Shown piece by piece: positions 28,316-37,135 of a stretch of 64,000 nt of DNA. The DNA comes from Escherichia phage vB_EcoM_PTE-Eco09. The notes beneath the pieces are model-generated. The model was not told where the DNA came from, did no database searches, and saw nothing but the letters and a program-made list of their open reading frames with translations. The stretch lies in the sequence record PQ306574.1. One strand, written 5' to 3'. Numbering within the stretch: the stretch's first letter is position 1; the number at the start of each line of letters is the position of its first letter. Made by a program: the position numbers and the translations under genes.

Positions 28316-28359
28316 TAATAAGCGGGGCTAGTTCCCCGCCTTTTGTCGTTGGGGGTAAT

Positions 28360-28683
28360 ATGTCAAAGCTGATATACATTGTTATCATCTCTGTGTTGCT
28401 AGGGGTAGGTGGTAATATGTGGTGGGAAAATAAAAAGGAGGTAGATCGACTGAATCAGGAATTTACAGAGTATAAGAAAAAGACAGATGAAAAGATGAAG
28501 GTCGTAGACTCACTACAAAAGGAGATGTACGGAATAAGAACTAAGTTTGCAGAAGAACAAAACAAAGCAATGAAAGACGCTACACGAGGCTATGTAGTAG
28601 CACAAAAACCAAAGTTGGTAGAGAAACAGCTTAATGATTCATTTAAGGAGTTTACCGAAGAATTAAAGGAGGCTACTAAATGA
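28360..28683 (+). CDS. i-spanin-like protein (N-terminal TM, periplasmic coiled coil)
   Basis: MSKLIYIVIISVLLGVGG TM then charged coiled-coil-like region; next to pseT as T4 pseT.3; track ORF starts upstream at a non-ATG codon. Confidence 0.5.
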   Translation: MSKLIYIVIISVLLGVGGNMWWENKKEVDRLNQEFTEYKKKTDEKMKVVDSLQKEMYGIRTKFAEEQNKAMKDATRGYVVAQKPKLVEKQLNDSFKEFTEELKEATK

Positions 28684-28799
28684 GCATAGAAATATTGCCT
28701 ACACAAGAGCAGATAAGCAATTTTAATCTGGTTGATTATCTGTGGATAGGTGCAAGCATTATTATCCTGATGGTGTTTTCAATTTTCGTGATACACTGG

Positions 28800-29132
28800 A
28801 TGTTTAAGAAAGCACATAAGAATTTTCAGACCTCCATAATCCATGTCTTCGCTTTGCCTATTGTATTTGCGCTTTCTTCGTGTACAATGGACCATTATTC
28901 ACAGGAACCGAAAGTACATCCTCCACTACCAGCACCAATAGAAAAAGTTGACATTGACCTGAAAGTGGATACAATAGACGGTAAACCTAGAGTTTCTATG
29001 TCGTGGGAGGACTCCCAAAAATTCAGAGTCTGGCTTGCGGATATTAAGAGATATACACTTGAAAGTAAGTTGATCATGTGTTATTATCGAAAAGAACTTA
29101 ATGAGGAACGGTGCAAACCGAAGGAGAAATAA
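28800..29132 (+). CDS. o-spanin-like lipoprotein (the ORF could instead start at 28680)
   Basis: Internal ATG gives signal peptide MFKKAHKNFQTSIIHVFALPIVFALSSC with lipobox-like LSSC; Pro-rich mature part; position as T4 pseT.2. Confidence 0.45.
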   Translation: MFKKAHKNFQTSIIHVFALPIVFALSSCTMDHYSQEPKVHPPLPAPIEKVDIDLKVDTIDGKPRVSMSWEDSQKFRVWLADIKRYTLESKLIMCYYRKELNEERCKPKEK

Positions 29133-30010
29133 TGCCGAAATGTGAAGTGATTTTAACCGTTGGTTGTTCTGGGTCCGGTAAAACTACATGGGCGATGGAA
29201 ACATGTAAACGGTTTAGTAATTATCGTAATGTGAATCGTGATGATCTTCGTCTTATGTTGTTTGGTGTTGACTCACATTTGAAATACAAGTATACTAAGG
29301 AAAAAGAAAAGCTGGTAGAGTCTATTCAGAGAATGATTGCTCGTGAGACTCTATCACGCGGATTGAGTATCATTATCTCCGATACCAACCTGAAAGAAAA
29401 ACATCGTGTATTCTACAAAGAACTTGCAAAAGAATTTAACGCGGTGTATACTGAACAAGTGTTCAATGAATCATTTGAGACACTAAAGAAACGTAATTTC
29501 TATCGCGGTGAGAAAGCAATTCCACTTTCTCATTTGCGCAACCAATTTTATCTGATGCAGGAATATATGGGTCAAGAAGTATACAAACCGAATACCATGC
29601 TGCCAAAGGCAGTGATCTTTGATATTGATGGGACATTAGCGGATAAGGGCGGTCGTCATCCGTTTGACTGGACAAAGGTCAAAGAAGATAAACCTCGTCC
29701 GCAAGTGGTCGAAATGCTTAAACTGTATCGTGATAATGGTTATCGTATCATTACATGCTCAGGGCGTGAGGATGTTTGCGAAGAAGATACTCTGCAATGG
29801 TTGCGTGAACAGGGTATTGAACCGAGTGATCACTTTCAACGTGAAACTAATGATCGTCGTCCTGATCATGAAGTGAAGAAAGAGATCTTCTTCTCTGAAA
29901 TTGCACCGCGTTATCATGTTGTTTTGGCGGTAGATGACCGTGATCAAGTGGTTGACATGTATCGCTCAATTGGTGTAGAATGTTTTCAGGTTAACTACGG
30001 AGACTTTTAA
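29132..30010 (+). CDS. pseT: polynucleotide 5'-kinase / 3'-phosphatase
   Basis: P-loop GCSGSGKTT, HAD phosphatase DxDGT (IFDIDGTLA), C-terminus VDDR-QVV-MYRSIGVEC-QV--GDF matching T4 Pnk; start at ATG after GGAG. Confidence 0.9.
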   Translation: MPKCEVILTVGCSGSGKTTWAMETCKRFSNYRNVNRDDLRLMLFGVDSHLKYKYTKEKEKLVESIQRMIARETLSRGLSIIISDTNLKEKHRVFYKELAKEFNAVYTEQVFNESFETLKKRNFYRGEKAIPLSHLRNQFYLMQEYMGQEVYKPNTMLPKAVIFDIDGTLADKGGRHPFDWTKVKEDKPRPQVVEMLKLYRDNGYRIITCSGREDVCEEDTLQWLREQGIEPSDHFQRETNDRRPDHEVKKEIFFSEIAPRYHVVLAVDDRDQVVDMYRSIGVECFQVNYGDF

Positions 30011-30213
30011 TGTTTACCGATAAACTCAAGCAATTAGGCGAAGCACTTGCTAAACGTGGTTTTAGTGTTGATATTGAACCAGCGCCAGTTATGCCGTTTA
30101 GCGATGAACGTCGCAGTGTATATGTCATCATGAGAAATAATCATGGTGTGAATACATTCAATGTAAAACAGTATAGCGACGGATCAGTAGAATACTTTCG
30201 CGTATACGGTTAA
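30010..30213 (+). CDS. hypothetical protein (67 aa)
   Basis: ATG ORF overlapping pseT stop. Confidence 0.45.
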   Translation: MFTDKLKQLGEALAKRGFSVDIEPAPVMPFSDERRSVYVIMRNNHGVNTFNVKQYSDGSVEYFRVYG

Positions 30214-30234
30214 TTAATATGTGAGGATTATATT

Positions 30235-30741
30235 ATGTTGTCACAAACTTACATGCAGATCGCCTATCTGATCGCAAAGAACTCTAAATGTGTTTCGTGG
30301 AAGGTAGGCGCACTGATCGAAAAAGACGGGCGAATCATTTCTACTGGATTTAACGGAACTCCAGCAGGGCAAGTAAATTGTAGCTGTCATGCACATAAAA
30401 ACGGTTGGCTGGATGATGACGGCAAAATGATCCCAGAAAAACGACCAGAGCATAGTGCATGGTCACAGAAAAACGAGATCCACGCTGAATTAAATGCTAT
30501 TTTGTTTGCTGCCCGTAGCGGTGTATCGATTGAAGGCGCTAGTATGTGGTGTACTGCTTCACCGTGTCCAGATTGCGCTAAAGCAATTGCAAACAGTGGA
30601 ATTAAATATCTATACTATTGCGACACATATGATCGAAATGGTGGGCGTGATTGGGCTGATATTCTGAATAATGCAGATATTACAATCACGCGTATTCCAA
30701 AAGCATTATTGACTGATTTGAAGGGTATTGATAATGACTGA
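30235..30741 (+). CDS. cd: dCMP deaminase
   Basis: Cytidine/dCMP deaminase zinc motifs HAELNA and PCPDC. Confidence 0.85.
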   Translation: MLSQTYMQIAYLIAKNSKCVSWKVGALIEKDGRIISTGFNGTPAGQVNCSCHAHKNGWLDDDGKMIPEKRPEHSAWSQKNEIHAELNAILFAARSGVSIEGASMWCTASPCPDCAKAIANSGIKYLYYCDTYDRNGGRDWADILNNADITITRIPKALLTDLKGIDND

Positions 30742-31048
30742 ACAAGTTGATAATATCGCACTTCGTGAAGCACTAAAGAAAATGTTTTCGGTCGGTACTC
30801 ACTCTTTTCAGTTTACTAAGAAAGATGGTACTGTCCGTGAGATGATCGCCACGCGAGATCCGGCACTGATGCCGTTTGAAACATACGAAAAGTGGTTAGT
30901 TCCGAATGTTGAAAAACCGCGTAAAGAATCAGAAACATCTTTGCCAGTATATGAAATTGCAGTTGAAGGTTTCCGTAGTTTTGGGCTTGATAGTCTGATT
31001 AATGTAGACGGGCTGACTCCAGCGCAGATCGTCGAAATTTATAAATAA
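30734..31048 (+). CDS. hypothetical protein (about 105 aa)
   Basis: ATG ORF overlapping cd stop. Confidence 0.45.
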   Translation: MTEQVDNIALREALKKMFSVGTHSFQFTKKDGTVREMIATRDPALMPFETYEKWLVPNVEKPRKESETSLPVYEIAVEGFRSFGLDSLINVDGLTPAQIVEIYK

Positions 31049-31089
31049 TTCATCATTAAACTGTATTGATTTGAAGAGGTAATAAAATT

Positions 31090-31413
31090 ATGACCGTTAA
31101 AACTCCTAAAGCACTTGGTGACTATGTGATCATTGAAGCTAAAGCAGAAAGCGCAGGGACAGAAGTAAAAAGCTCTATGGGGATCATTATTGAGCAAAAG
31201 CGCACTATGGGCGAGATTCCGCTGGTAGGTAAGATTATTGATATCGGTGAAACGGTAGATAAAGAATTGCTGGGTAAAACTGTTTTACTGCCACATGGCA
31301 AGATGAATAAAGTTCCTCATCCAGACGTTATTAACGGCGTTAAGAAGGAAGAAGAGATCGACCTGAAATGGACTGTAACACACAAACAGAATATTGTGGT
31401 AGTTTACGGTTAA
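31090..31413 (+). CDS. 31: co-chaperonin gp31 (GroES-like)
   Basis: 107 aa; size, position next to cd, GroES-like pattern (GDYVII, mobile-loop-like region, NKVPHP). Confidence 0.7.
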   Translation: MTVKTPKALGDYVIIEAKAESAGTEVKSSMGIIIEQKRTMGEIPLVGKIIDIGETVDKELLGKTVLLPHGKMNKVPHPDVINGVKKEEEIDLKWTVTHKQNIVVVYG

Positions 31414-31424
31414 TGATTTTAAAC

Positions 31425-31445
31425 GGCGGGAAATAATCCCGCCTA
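31425..31445 (+). terminator. terminator-like hairpin after gene 31
   Basis: GGCGGGA-AATAA-TCCCGCC followed by T-rich run. Confidence 0.5.
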
Positions 31446-31495
31446 TATTTTGGCTATATGATTTTGTAAGTTATTGATTATTAAGGAATTTTATT

Positions 31496-31660
31496 ATGAA
31501 AACTATGAATGTAAACATCCACGAAATCCATACCGAAGTATTCACCGAAGAAGACCAGTTTGGTGTATGGGTAAATCCTCATTCGATTACTATCGATATT
31601 CCTAATGACGATTATGATCCGTTCTCTCTGATTAGCGAGATTAGTTTTAATGACTTCTGA
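31496..31660 (+). CDS. hypothetical small acidic protein (54 aa)
   Basis: MKTMNVNIHEIHTEVF…; SD AAGGAA; hand-derived. Confidence 0.3.
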   Translation: MKTMNVNIHEIHTEVFTEEDQFGVWVNPHSITIDIPNDDYDPFSLISEISFNDF

Positions 31661-32129
31661 AATTGATATCTATGCGGGTGGACCTTATCCATCGGGTGAA
31701 TTGAGTAATTTCAATAAAAGACCATTCCGTCTATTTGGTTGCGATATTAACAGCACAGAAGGATTTTTACAGGGGCTAAGATTTAAGAACCCTCAGAGAC
31801 AAAGAGAAATCTTTTTGATGCACGGTGGCAAAGCAAAAAGAACCGGAAGAACTGAAAAGATTGAGAATCACCTGTTATATTTTCAGGGTCGCCAGATTCA
31901 TCGAATGAGTGAGCATTATTACAGACTGGTACATCTGGCATTTGTTACGATGGCACGGAATAACCCAGAATTTTGTAAAGCATTACTCGCTACCGGAAAT
32001 AAGAAATTACGTCATAGTATAGGTGGAACTGATCCGTTAAAGACTATATTGACTGAATCGGAATTTTGTAGTATCCTCAATGATATTCGTGAACGTTTAA
32101 CAAAACGAGGTGAAAATGTCAATTCTTAA
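31650..32129 (+). CDS. NADAR (YbiA/DUF1768)-like domain protein
   Basis: 159 aa; motifs in NADAR order (GELSNF; STEGFLQGLRF; GGKAKRTGR; ALLATGNKKL-HSIGGTDP). Confidence 0.5.
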   Translation: MTSEIDIYAGGPYPSGELSNFNKRPFRLFGCDINSTEGFLQGLRFKNPQRQREIFLMHGGKAKRTGRTEKIENHLLYFQGRQIHRMSEHYYRLVHLAFVTMARNNPEFCKALLATGNKKLRHSIGGTDPLKTILTESEFCSILNDIRERLTKRGENVNS

Positions 32130-33612
32130 TATCATTAATCAGCTTGCAGCAACAGACAAAACATCGCTGAAAGAAAAGATTCTGAAAGAATCAGCAAGCA
32201 ATGAAACGCTGAAAGAATGCTTTTATCTGGCATATTGCAAACAGGTTACGTTTGGCGTAAAGAAATACGATAAACCGTCTCGCTATTCGTCTGTATTGTC
32301 TTTATCCGGTGCATTACAGGTCTTTAAAAATAAACTTGCCACGCGTCAAGTAACTGGTAATGCAGCATTACAACTAGTTACCGATACTCTGACTTGCTTG
32401 TCAGAGGATGATGCTAAAGTTGCAATGATGGTCCTGAATCGTGATCTGGAATGCGGCTGTTCCGCTACCACTGCAAACAAGGTATGGAAGAAACTGATCC
32501 CCCAGCAACCGTGCCACCTTGCATCGTCATGTTCTGATAAGACTATTGCTAATATCAAGTATCCGGCGTATGCACAACTTAAAAGCGATGGCGCTCGTGG
32601 TATGGCTGATATTGACGGGGAAACATTAGCAATCTATACCCGCTCAGGTAATACCTATCAAGGGCTTGATGATTTGTTTGCGGTTTTAGAGCGTCTACGA
32701 GGCCGTGGAATTGTTCTAGATGGCGAATTGGTATATATGCCTACCCTTTCGCAAACACCAGCGCAGAACTTCGTTGAAAGCGTTTATGATGGTACTCTGT
32801 CATGGATATTTGAAGAAGAGGAAATGCCATTAACGCCAGTAGCGGAAGCAGTGAAAGAATCCGTTGTTGCAGATCGTCAGACCGGAAATGGTATCCTCAA
32901 CAAATCACTTAAAGGAACTATTCCAAAAGAAGAAGCCCAATGTATTGTTTACACTGTCTGGGATGTTATCGACCGTGATGTGTATTACGGAAACGAGAAA
33001 GCAACGAAGCAATATAAAGATCGATTCGAAGAACTAAAACAGATTGTTGAAGAACTTAACGATCCTCGTGTTCAGATCATCGAAAACACTGTAGTTAACA
33101 ATATCGATGAAGCTCGCGAAGTATATCATCGTTATGTCAACATGGGCTTAGAAGGTATTATCCTTAAAAATTTACATGGTGTATTTGAAGATCGCCGTAG
33201 TAAAGATCAGGTTAAATTTAAAGAAGTGATTGACTTCGACGCGGAAATTGTTGATGTATATCCGCATAGTAAAGACCCCAATAAGGTAGGCGGTTTTACT
33301 GTCCGTAGTGCGTGCGGACGAATGATGACTAACACCGGATCGGGATTAACCGACACTACAACCGAAAAAGGTGATGATGGTATCGAACGTGTAATTCCGT
33401 TCGATCGTCGAAATGAACTCGACCGAGAAATGTTATGGGCTGACCGTCATAACCTGATTGGAAAAGTCATTGAGATGACATGCAACGGGTATATCCGCAG
33501 CAAATCACGTAAAGAAGATGAACCGGAGTTCTCTTTATTTCTCCCAATCATCAAACGTATTCGCTACGACAAGACCACTGCAAATACAGTAAAAGAGGTA
33601 TTCGATGTGTGA
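32116..33612 (+). CDS. 30: ATP-dependent DNA ligase
   Basis: Colinear with T4 DNA ligase (KQLKADGAR active-site lysine region, LDGELVY, NKSLKGTI-KEEAQC, NNIDEA, LEGIILKN, KFKEVID, PHRKDP-K-GGF, FLPI-R-R-DKT-ANT). Confidence 0.9.
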   Translation: MSILNIINQLAATDKTSLKEKILKESASNETLKECFYLAYCKQVTFGVKKYDKPSRYSSVLSLSGALQVFKNKLATRQVTGNAALQLVTDTLTCLSEDDAKVAMMVLNRDLECGCSATTANKVWKKLIPQQPCHLASSCSDKTIANIKYPAYAQLKSDGARGMADIDGETLAIYTRSGNTYQGLDDLFAVLERLRGRGIVLDGELVYMPTLSQTPAQNFVESVYDGTLSWIFEEEEMPLTPVAEAVKESVVADRQTGNGILNKSLKGTIPKEEAQCIVYTVWDVIDRDVYYGNEKATKQYKDRFEELKQIVEELNDPRVQIIENTVVNNIDEAREVYHRYVNMGLEGIILKNLHGVFEDRRSKDQVKFKEVIDFDAEIVDVYPHSKDPNKVGGFTVRSACGRMMTNTGSGLTDTTTEKGDDGIERVIPFDRRNELDREMLWADRHNLIGKVIEMTCNGYIRSKSRKEDEPEFSLFLPIIKRIRYDKTTANTVKEVFDV

Positions 33613-34081
33613 TAATGAAGGGGCGAAAGCCCCTAAACCTAAAAAATTGTCAAAGAAAGAGCAACGCCAGATCCTGAAAATGAAATATGGTGGACGTTGT
33701 GCCTATTGTGGCGAGGAACTAGGGGATCGCTGGCACGCGGACCACATCAAACCAGTATTGCGACGCTCAAAGGTAGTCTATGATGAAAATGGACGAATTG
33801 CCCGTAATGATGATGGATCATGGAAATATAAGGTTGTAGGAATGCATAAACCGGAGCATGATATACTTGATAACATGAATCCGGCGTGTGTGCAATGCAA
33901 TCTTTATAAAAGCTGTATGGGCTTAGAATACTGGCGTAAGTGTATACGCGAGAACTTCCAGAAGTACATTCAGCGCAATATGGGATTGCGAGCGGCTAAA
34001 CGCTTTGGCTTGCTGTCAATCCACGACCAGCCAGTAGAATTTTATTTCGAAAAGTACGATCGCGAGCATCAAGAAAAATAA
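33605..34081 (+). CDS. HNH endonuclease-like protein
   Basis: CAYCG…HADHIKP…N…CVQCN arrangement; true start may be downstream of the GNRA hairpin at about 33621-33637. Confidence 0.6.
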   Translation: MCDNEGAKAPKPKKLSKKEQRQILKMKYGGRCAYCGEELGDRWHADHIKPVLRRSKVVYDENGRIARNDDGSWKYKVVGMHKPEHDILDNMNPACVQCNLYKSCMGLEYWRKCIRENFQKYIQRNMGLRAAKRFGLLSIHDQPVEFYFEKYDREHQEK

Positions 34082-34093
34082 TTCAAAAAGTTG

Positions 34094-34122
34094 TTGACAG
34101 GGGATCGGTGATCCCCTATACT
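34094..34122 (+). promoter_or_regulatory. PeSL-like element (promoter with palindromic spacer)
   Basis: TTGACA-GGGGATCGGTGATCCCC-TATACT; leader ACACAC-ATCAAAACGA…GGAGAATCAAAAATG. Confidence 0.55.
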
Positions 34123-34167
34123 ACACACATCAAAACGAAACACACTTTCTTAAACGGAGAATCAAAA

Positions 34168-34479
34168 ATGAAATACATCGTAACGCTGCCAATGATTGAC
34201 TTCGACGGAACCATGAACACCCAGAAGACCATGAGCGCGGAGAACCAACTGAAAAACGCTACCCTGATTCGTGAAGTTCGCAAGGCACTGGCAAAAGAAT
34301 TTAACACCAAAATTCATTCTGTAACTGGCGAACGTTTCGCGGATCATCTTGATATCAACATCAAACCAGTGCGCAACGGTGTTATCTCTGTAACAACCAG
34401 CCGCCCACATGCTGACGCTGATAATCTGACCGCTCGCGCAGAAGATGTAATTATGACCGTTATCATGGAAAAACTTTAA
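34168..34479 (+). CDS. hypothetical protein (103 aa); paralog of ORF 36360-36647
   Basis: Shares AKEFN-K block with 36360 ORF (REVRKALAKEFNTKI vs VRDAVAKEFNFKF). Confidence 0.5.
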   Translation: MKYIVTLPMIDFDGTMNTQKTMSAENQLKNATLIREVRKALAKEFNTKIHSVTGERFADHLDINIKPVRNGVISVTTSRPHADADNLTARAEDVIMTVIMEKL

Positions 34480-34487
34480 AAAAGTTG

Positions 34488-34516
34488 TTGACAGGGGATC
34501 ACCGATCCCCTATACT
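34488..34516 (+). promoter_or_regulatory. PeSL-like element
   Basis: TTGACA-GGGGATCACCGATCCCC-TATACT; spacer palindrome kept with its centre inverted relative to 34100. Confidence 0.55.
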
Positions 34517-34550
34517 ACACACATACCAACGAGATATAGGAGAATCAAAA

Positions 34551-34718
34551 ATGTTCCAGACTAAAGCAGAATGCGAAGCATACATTGTAGCAAACCACGG
34601 CGAAGATTATCTGAAATTTGACATTGTAGTAGCACAGAAGATCACCGGAATGGTTGCAAAATATCTGGGTGTTAAAGAAGGTTACTATCCGAGCAACGCA
34701 CCGGAAATCAACAAATAA
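34551..34718 (+). CDS. hypothetical small protein (55 aa); duplicated at 37835-38002
   Basis: MFQTKAECEAYIVANHGEDYLKFDIVVAQKITGMVAKYLGVKEGYYPSNAPEINK; near-identical second copy. Confidence 0.55.
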   Translation: MFQTKAECEAYIVANHGEDYLKFDIVVAQKITGMVAKYLGVKEGYYPSNAPEINK

Positions 34719-34721
34719 TAG

Positions 34722-34756
34722 TTGACAATGATTAAAGGGAGTAGTAAGATACTCCC
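34722..34756 (+). promoter_or_regulatory. PeSL-like element
   Basis: TTGACA-N17-TAAGAT; inverted repeat GGGAGTA/TACTCCC. Confidence 0.55.
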
Positions 34757-34782
34757 ATCAAGACAACAAACGGAGAATCAAA

Positions 34783-34962
34783 ATGAAAGCTATCGAAGTT
34801 CAGAAGTACATGGAAATCATCGTTGAAGGTAAAGCACATACAGTATTGACTACCCACGTAGGATATGATAAAAATGTGCATATGCTGGTAGACAATATCG
34901 GCTGGATGAAGTTTAATCCTAACGAGAACGTACAAGCTCAAGAAATGACCATCCCTTTCTAA
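34783..34962 (+). CDS. hypothetical small protein (59 aa)
   Basis: MKAIEVQKYMEIIVEGKAH…; hand-derived. Confidence 0.4.
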   Translation: MKAIEVQKYMEIIVEGKAHTVLTTHVGYDKNVHMLVDNIGWMKFNPNENVQAQEMTIPF

Positions 34963-34974
34963 GAGGAATATATT

Positions 34975-35253
34975 ATGATGCGAATTACTGCAACGCTGGA
35001 TAAGACACACAAAGAAAGATTTTTCGGTATGATCTTAAAAACGCCGATTTTCGATAATTACCTTTATGTTGACTATGAAGGTCACATTAGCTATAAATGT
35101 AAAAATGATATTCGTGATTCCTTTGGTGATAAATCACAATCTGATATTCATGACCACTGGTGGAACCATGACGAACCTTTACGAGTTATCGCAGTTGATG
35201 TAAAAACAACAAAAGAAGCTGATAAGGTAGTGAATGATTATGAGCAAATTTAA
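34975..35253 (+). CDS. hypothetical protein, paralog family A member 1
   Basis: Y-Y-D block, His-rich HDHWW motif and VIAVDV block shared with ORFs 35677, 36000, 36701. Confidence 0.5.
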   Translation: MMRITATLDKTHKERFFGMILKTPIFDNYLYVDYEGHISYKCKNDIRDSFGDKSQSDIHDHWWNHDEPLRVIAVDVKTTKEADKVVNDYEQI

Positions 35254-35497
35254 AGAATACAAAGCATATCAACAGATCCTGCGAGTATACGCACCAGAGT
35301 TCGCCGAAAAGATGATGGAAGATGCATCAAAATGCCCGTCCTTTTCTGGAAACAAAAACCATTATTCTACTCGTATTGTATCATGGAAAGAAACATGCTA
35401 CACTCAACAGTGGATAAACGTTTTCTCAAAAACAATTGGTTGGAATGGTGTTAATTATGGGTATTCAGAGTCAATTCAAAGATTATCGAGTGTATAA
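35234..35497 (+). CDS. hypothetical protein, paralog family B member 1
   Basis: F-EYKAY…AEKMMEDASKCPSF…IVSWKET shared with next ORF. Confidence 0.5.
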   Translation: MIMSKFKEYKAYQQILRVYAPEFAEKMMEDASKCPSFSGNKNHYSTRIVSWKETCYTQQWINVFSKTIGWNGVNYGYSESIQRLSSV

Positions 35498-35675
35498 AGA
35501 AATCTGTGCTGTATTTGATGAGAAAACAGCAGATAAAATGATGAAAGAAGCGTCACAATGTTCATCTTTTGTTGATAACAAAGATTTAAGAGTAAATGAG
35601 ATCGTGTGCTGGAGCGACACGAAACATGAAATTGTATGGCGTACCGTGTACTATAGCCGCGACCGAGGATTATAA
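35457..35675 (+). CDS. hypothetical protein, paralog family B member 2
   Basis: FKDYRVY…ADKMMKEASQCSSF…IVCWSDT; tandem paralog. Confidence 0.45.
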   Translation: MGIQSQFKDYRVYKEICAVFDEKTADKMMKEASQCSSFVDNKDLRVNEIVCWSDTKHEIVWRTVYYSRDRGL

Positions 35676-35676
35676 A

Positions 35677-35985
35677 ATGAAATTAACTAAAAAGATTTTC
35701 CCAGAATTGCGTAACTGTCTGTTACTGGTTACTGAATATAAGCCGTATACGATCTACTTGTACGTTGATGAAAATCTGAAAATCCGTTACTATGATTATA
35801 CGTCTCCAGTGATGCAATCATTTTCTCACTCGATAGCAAATAACTGTATGAATCACAATCATTGGGTATCAAAAACGGATGACGATGCGTCAGAAGTTGT
35901 AGTGGTTGCATGGAATCTATCACCAGCGGAAGCAGATCAAGCACGCATTCAGCATTACGCGAAAAACAACGGTCAAACTTTATAA
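35677..35985 (+). CDS. hypothetical protein, paralog family A member 2
   Basis: YTIYLYVDENLKIRYYDY…NHNHW…VVVVAW. Confidence 0.45.
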   Translation: MKLTKKIFPELRNCLLLVTEYKPYTIYLYVDENLKIRYYDYTSPVMQSFSHSIANNCMNHNHWVSKTDDDASEVVVVAWNLSPAEADQARIQHYAKNNGQTL

Positions 35986-35999
35986 GTGAGGAAAATATT

Positions 36000-36278
36000 A
36001 TGTTCAAAGTAGGTGATAAGTTTATTCTTAGTCGTGATATTCTCCCTAATCTGAAAGGTTGTATCATCAATCCTAGTAAAAATTCATGGTTTTATCTGTT
36101 TATCGACGACAAACTGAATGTACGCGCAGAATATAAAGAAGGTCTTCGTACTGGTCTAGGTTTCTTTCACGATCATGATCATAGCCATTGGCTAAACGGT
36201 GGATTCGAAGCAACGGTGCTAGCGGTTGATGTGACTTACACGAACATCATAGAAAAATATCAAAAAATTATTTTATAA
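36000..36278 (+). CDS. hypothetical protein, paralog family A member 3
   Basis: FYLFIDDKLNVRAEY…HDHDHSHW…VLAVDV. Confidence 0.45.
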   Translation: MFKVGDKFILSRDILPNLKGCIINPSKNSWFYLFIDDKLNVRAEYKEGLRTGLGFFHDHDHSHWLNGGFEATVLAVDVTYTNIIEKYQKIIL

Positions 36279-36284
36279 AAAGTA

Positions 36285-36318
36285 TTGACACCGGATCGGG
36301 GATATAGCATAATATCCC
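36285..36318 (+). promoter_or_regulatory. PeSL-like element
   Basis: TTGACA-N17-CATAAT; inverted repeat GGGGATAT/ATATCCCC around -10; ATCGAAACGAGATACACTTTC leader. Confidence 0.55.
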
Positions 36319-36359
36319 CATCGAAACGAGATACACTTTCTAACTAGGAGAATCAAATT

Positions 36360-36647
36360 ATGGCATACATTACTATCACTCTGAAAGTTAACAAATTCGC
36401 TCACGCTGCACACGAAACCGATAATGCAATCCGTAACAACAAGTTCGCACGTCTGGTACGCGATGCGGTAGCTAAAGAGTTCAACTTCAAATTTGCAGAT
36501 GGTAAAGTTATCACTAAATGGACTCATGACGGCGAAACTAAAGTAGAACTTGCTGATAACTTCGCAAATCAGGAATATGCACACCGTCGCATTAATGAAA
36601 TTATCAGCGATGAACTCTACTACGGTGTACAGGAAGGACTGTTTTAA
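36360..36647 (+). CDS. hypothetical protein (95 aa); paralog of ORF 34168-34479
   Basis: ATG ORF behind PeSL; shared AKEFN block. Confidence 0.5.
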   Translation: MAYITITLKVNKFAHAAHETDNAIRNNKFARLVRDAVAKEFNFKFADGKVITKWTHDGETKVELADNFANQEYAHRRINEIISDELYYGVQEGLF

Positions 36648-36652
36648 TATAC

Positions 36653-36676
36653 GGGGCGTTAAGCCCCACCCCTTTT
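36653..36676 (+). terminator. terminator-like hairpin
   Basis: GGGGC-GTTAA-GCCCC then CCCCTTTT; same hairpin sequence recurs at 40433. Confidence 0.5.
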
Positions 36677-36700
36677 CATCCAACTATTGAGGATAATACT

Positions 36701-37009
36701 ATGAAAGATAATATCTTTGAATTTACCCGCGAAAATCTCCCAATGTTCCGAAAGTCTCTGCTTAAACTAGAGAACAGTAATTATGATGTATATTTTTACA
36801 TCACCGAAGACCTAGAGATCCTTTACGCAGATTATCCAGGTCCGATCCGTACCTTCGAAGAAGCATCGCAGTATAAAAATGTTCACGGTCATGAGCACTG
36901 GTTACGAGAAAACCCAGGTCGCAAGAAAGCACGCGTTAAAGTGATTGCGATTGACGTAACACCAGCATACGCCGACCGGATTGCACTGAATGATTATTTG
37001 TCTAAATGA
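36701..37009 (+). CDS. hypothetical protein, paralog family A member 4
   Basis: YDVYFYITEDLEILYADY…HGHEHW…VIAIDV. Confidence 0.5.
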   Translation: MKDNIFEFTRENLPMFRKSLLKLENSNYDVYFYITEDLEILYADYPGPIRTFEEASQYKNVHGHEHWLRENPGRKKARVKVIAIDVTPAYADRIALNDYLSK

Positions 37010-37016
37010 TTTTATT

Positions 37017-37042
37017 AGCCGACCTTAGTGTCGGCTTTTTTA
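37017..37042 (+). terminator. rho-independent terminator
   Basis: AGCCGAC-CTTAGT-GTCGGCT followed by TTTTTT. Confidence 0.6.
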
Positions 37043-37065
37043 TTGCATAAAATTTTAAAAAAGTT

Positions 37066-37094
37066 GTTGACACCAGATCACGCCTATAGCATAA
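37066..37094 (+). promoter_or_regulatory. early promoter with conserved leader
   Basis: TTGACA-N17-CATAAT-ACACCC-ATCGAAACGAGATACCACTTAGGAGAATCAAACAATG. Confidence 0.5.
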
Positions 37095-37135
37095 TACACC
37101 CATCGAAACGAGATACCACTTAGGAGAATCAAACA

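Noticed and set aside
28309-28359. N-terminal 17 codons of track ORF 28309-28683
   Set aside because: They overlap a hairpin (GCGGGGCTAGTTCCCCGC) and lack an ATG; the ATG at 28360 with an upstream SD is the more plausible start.
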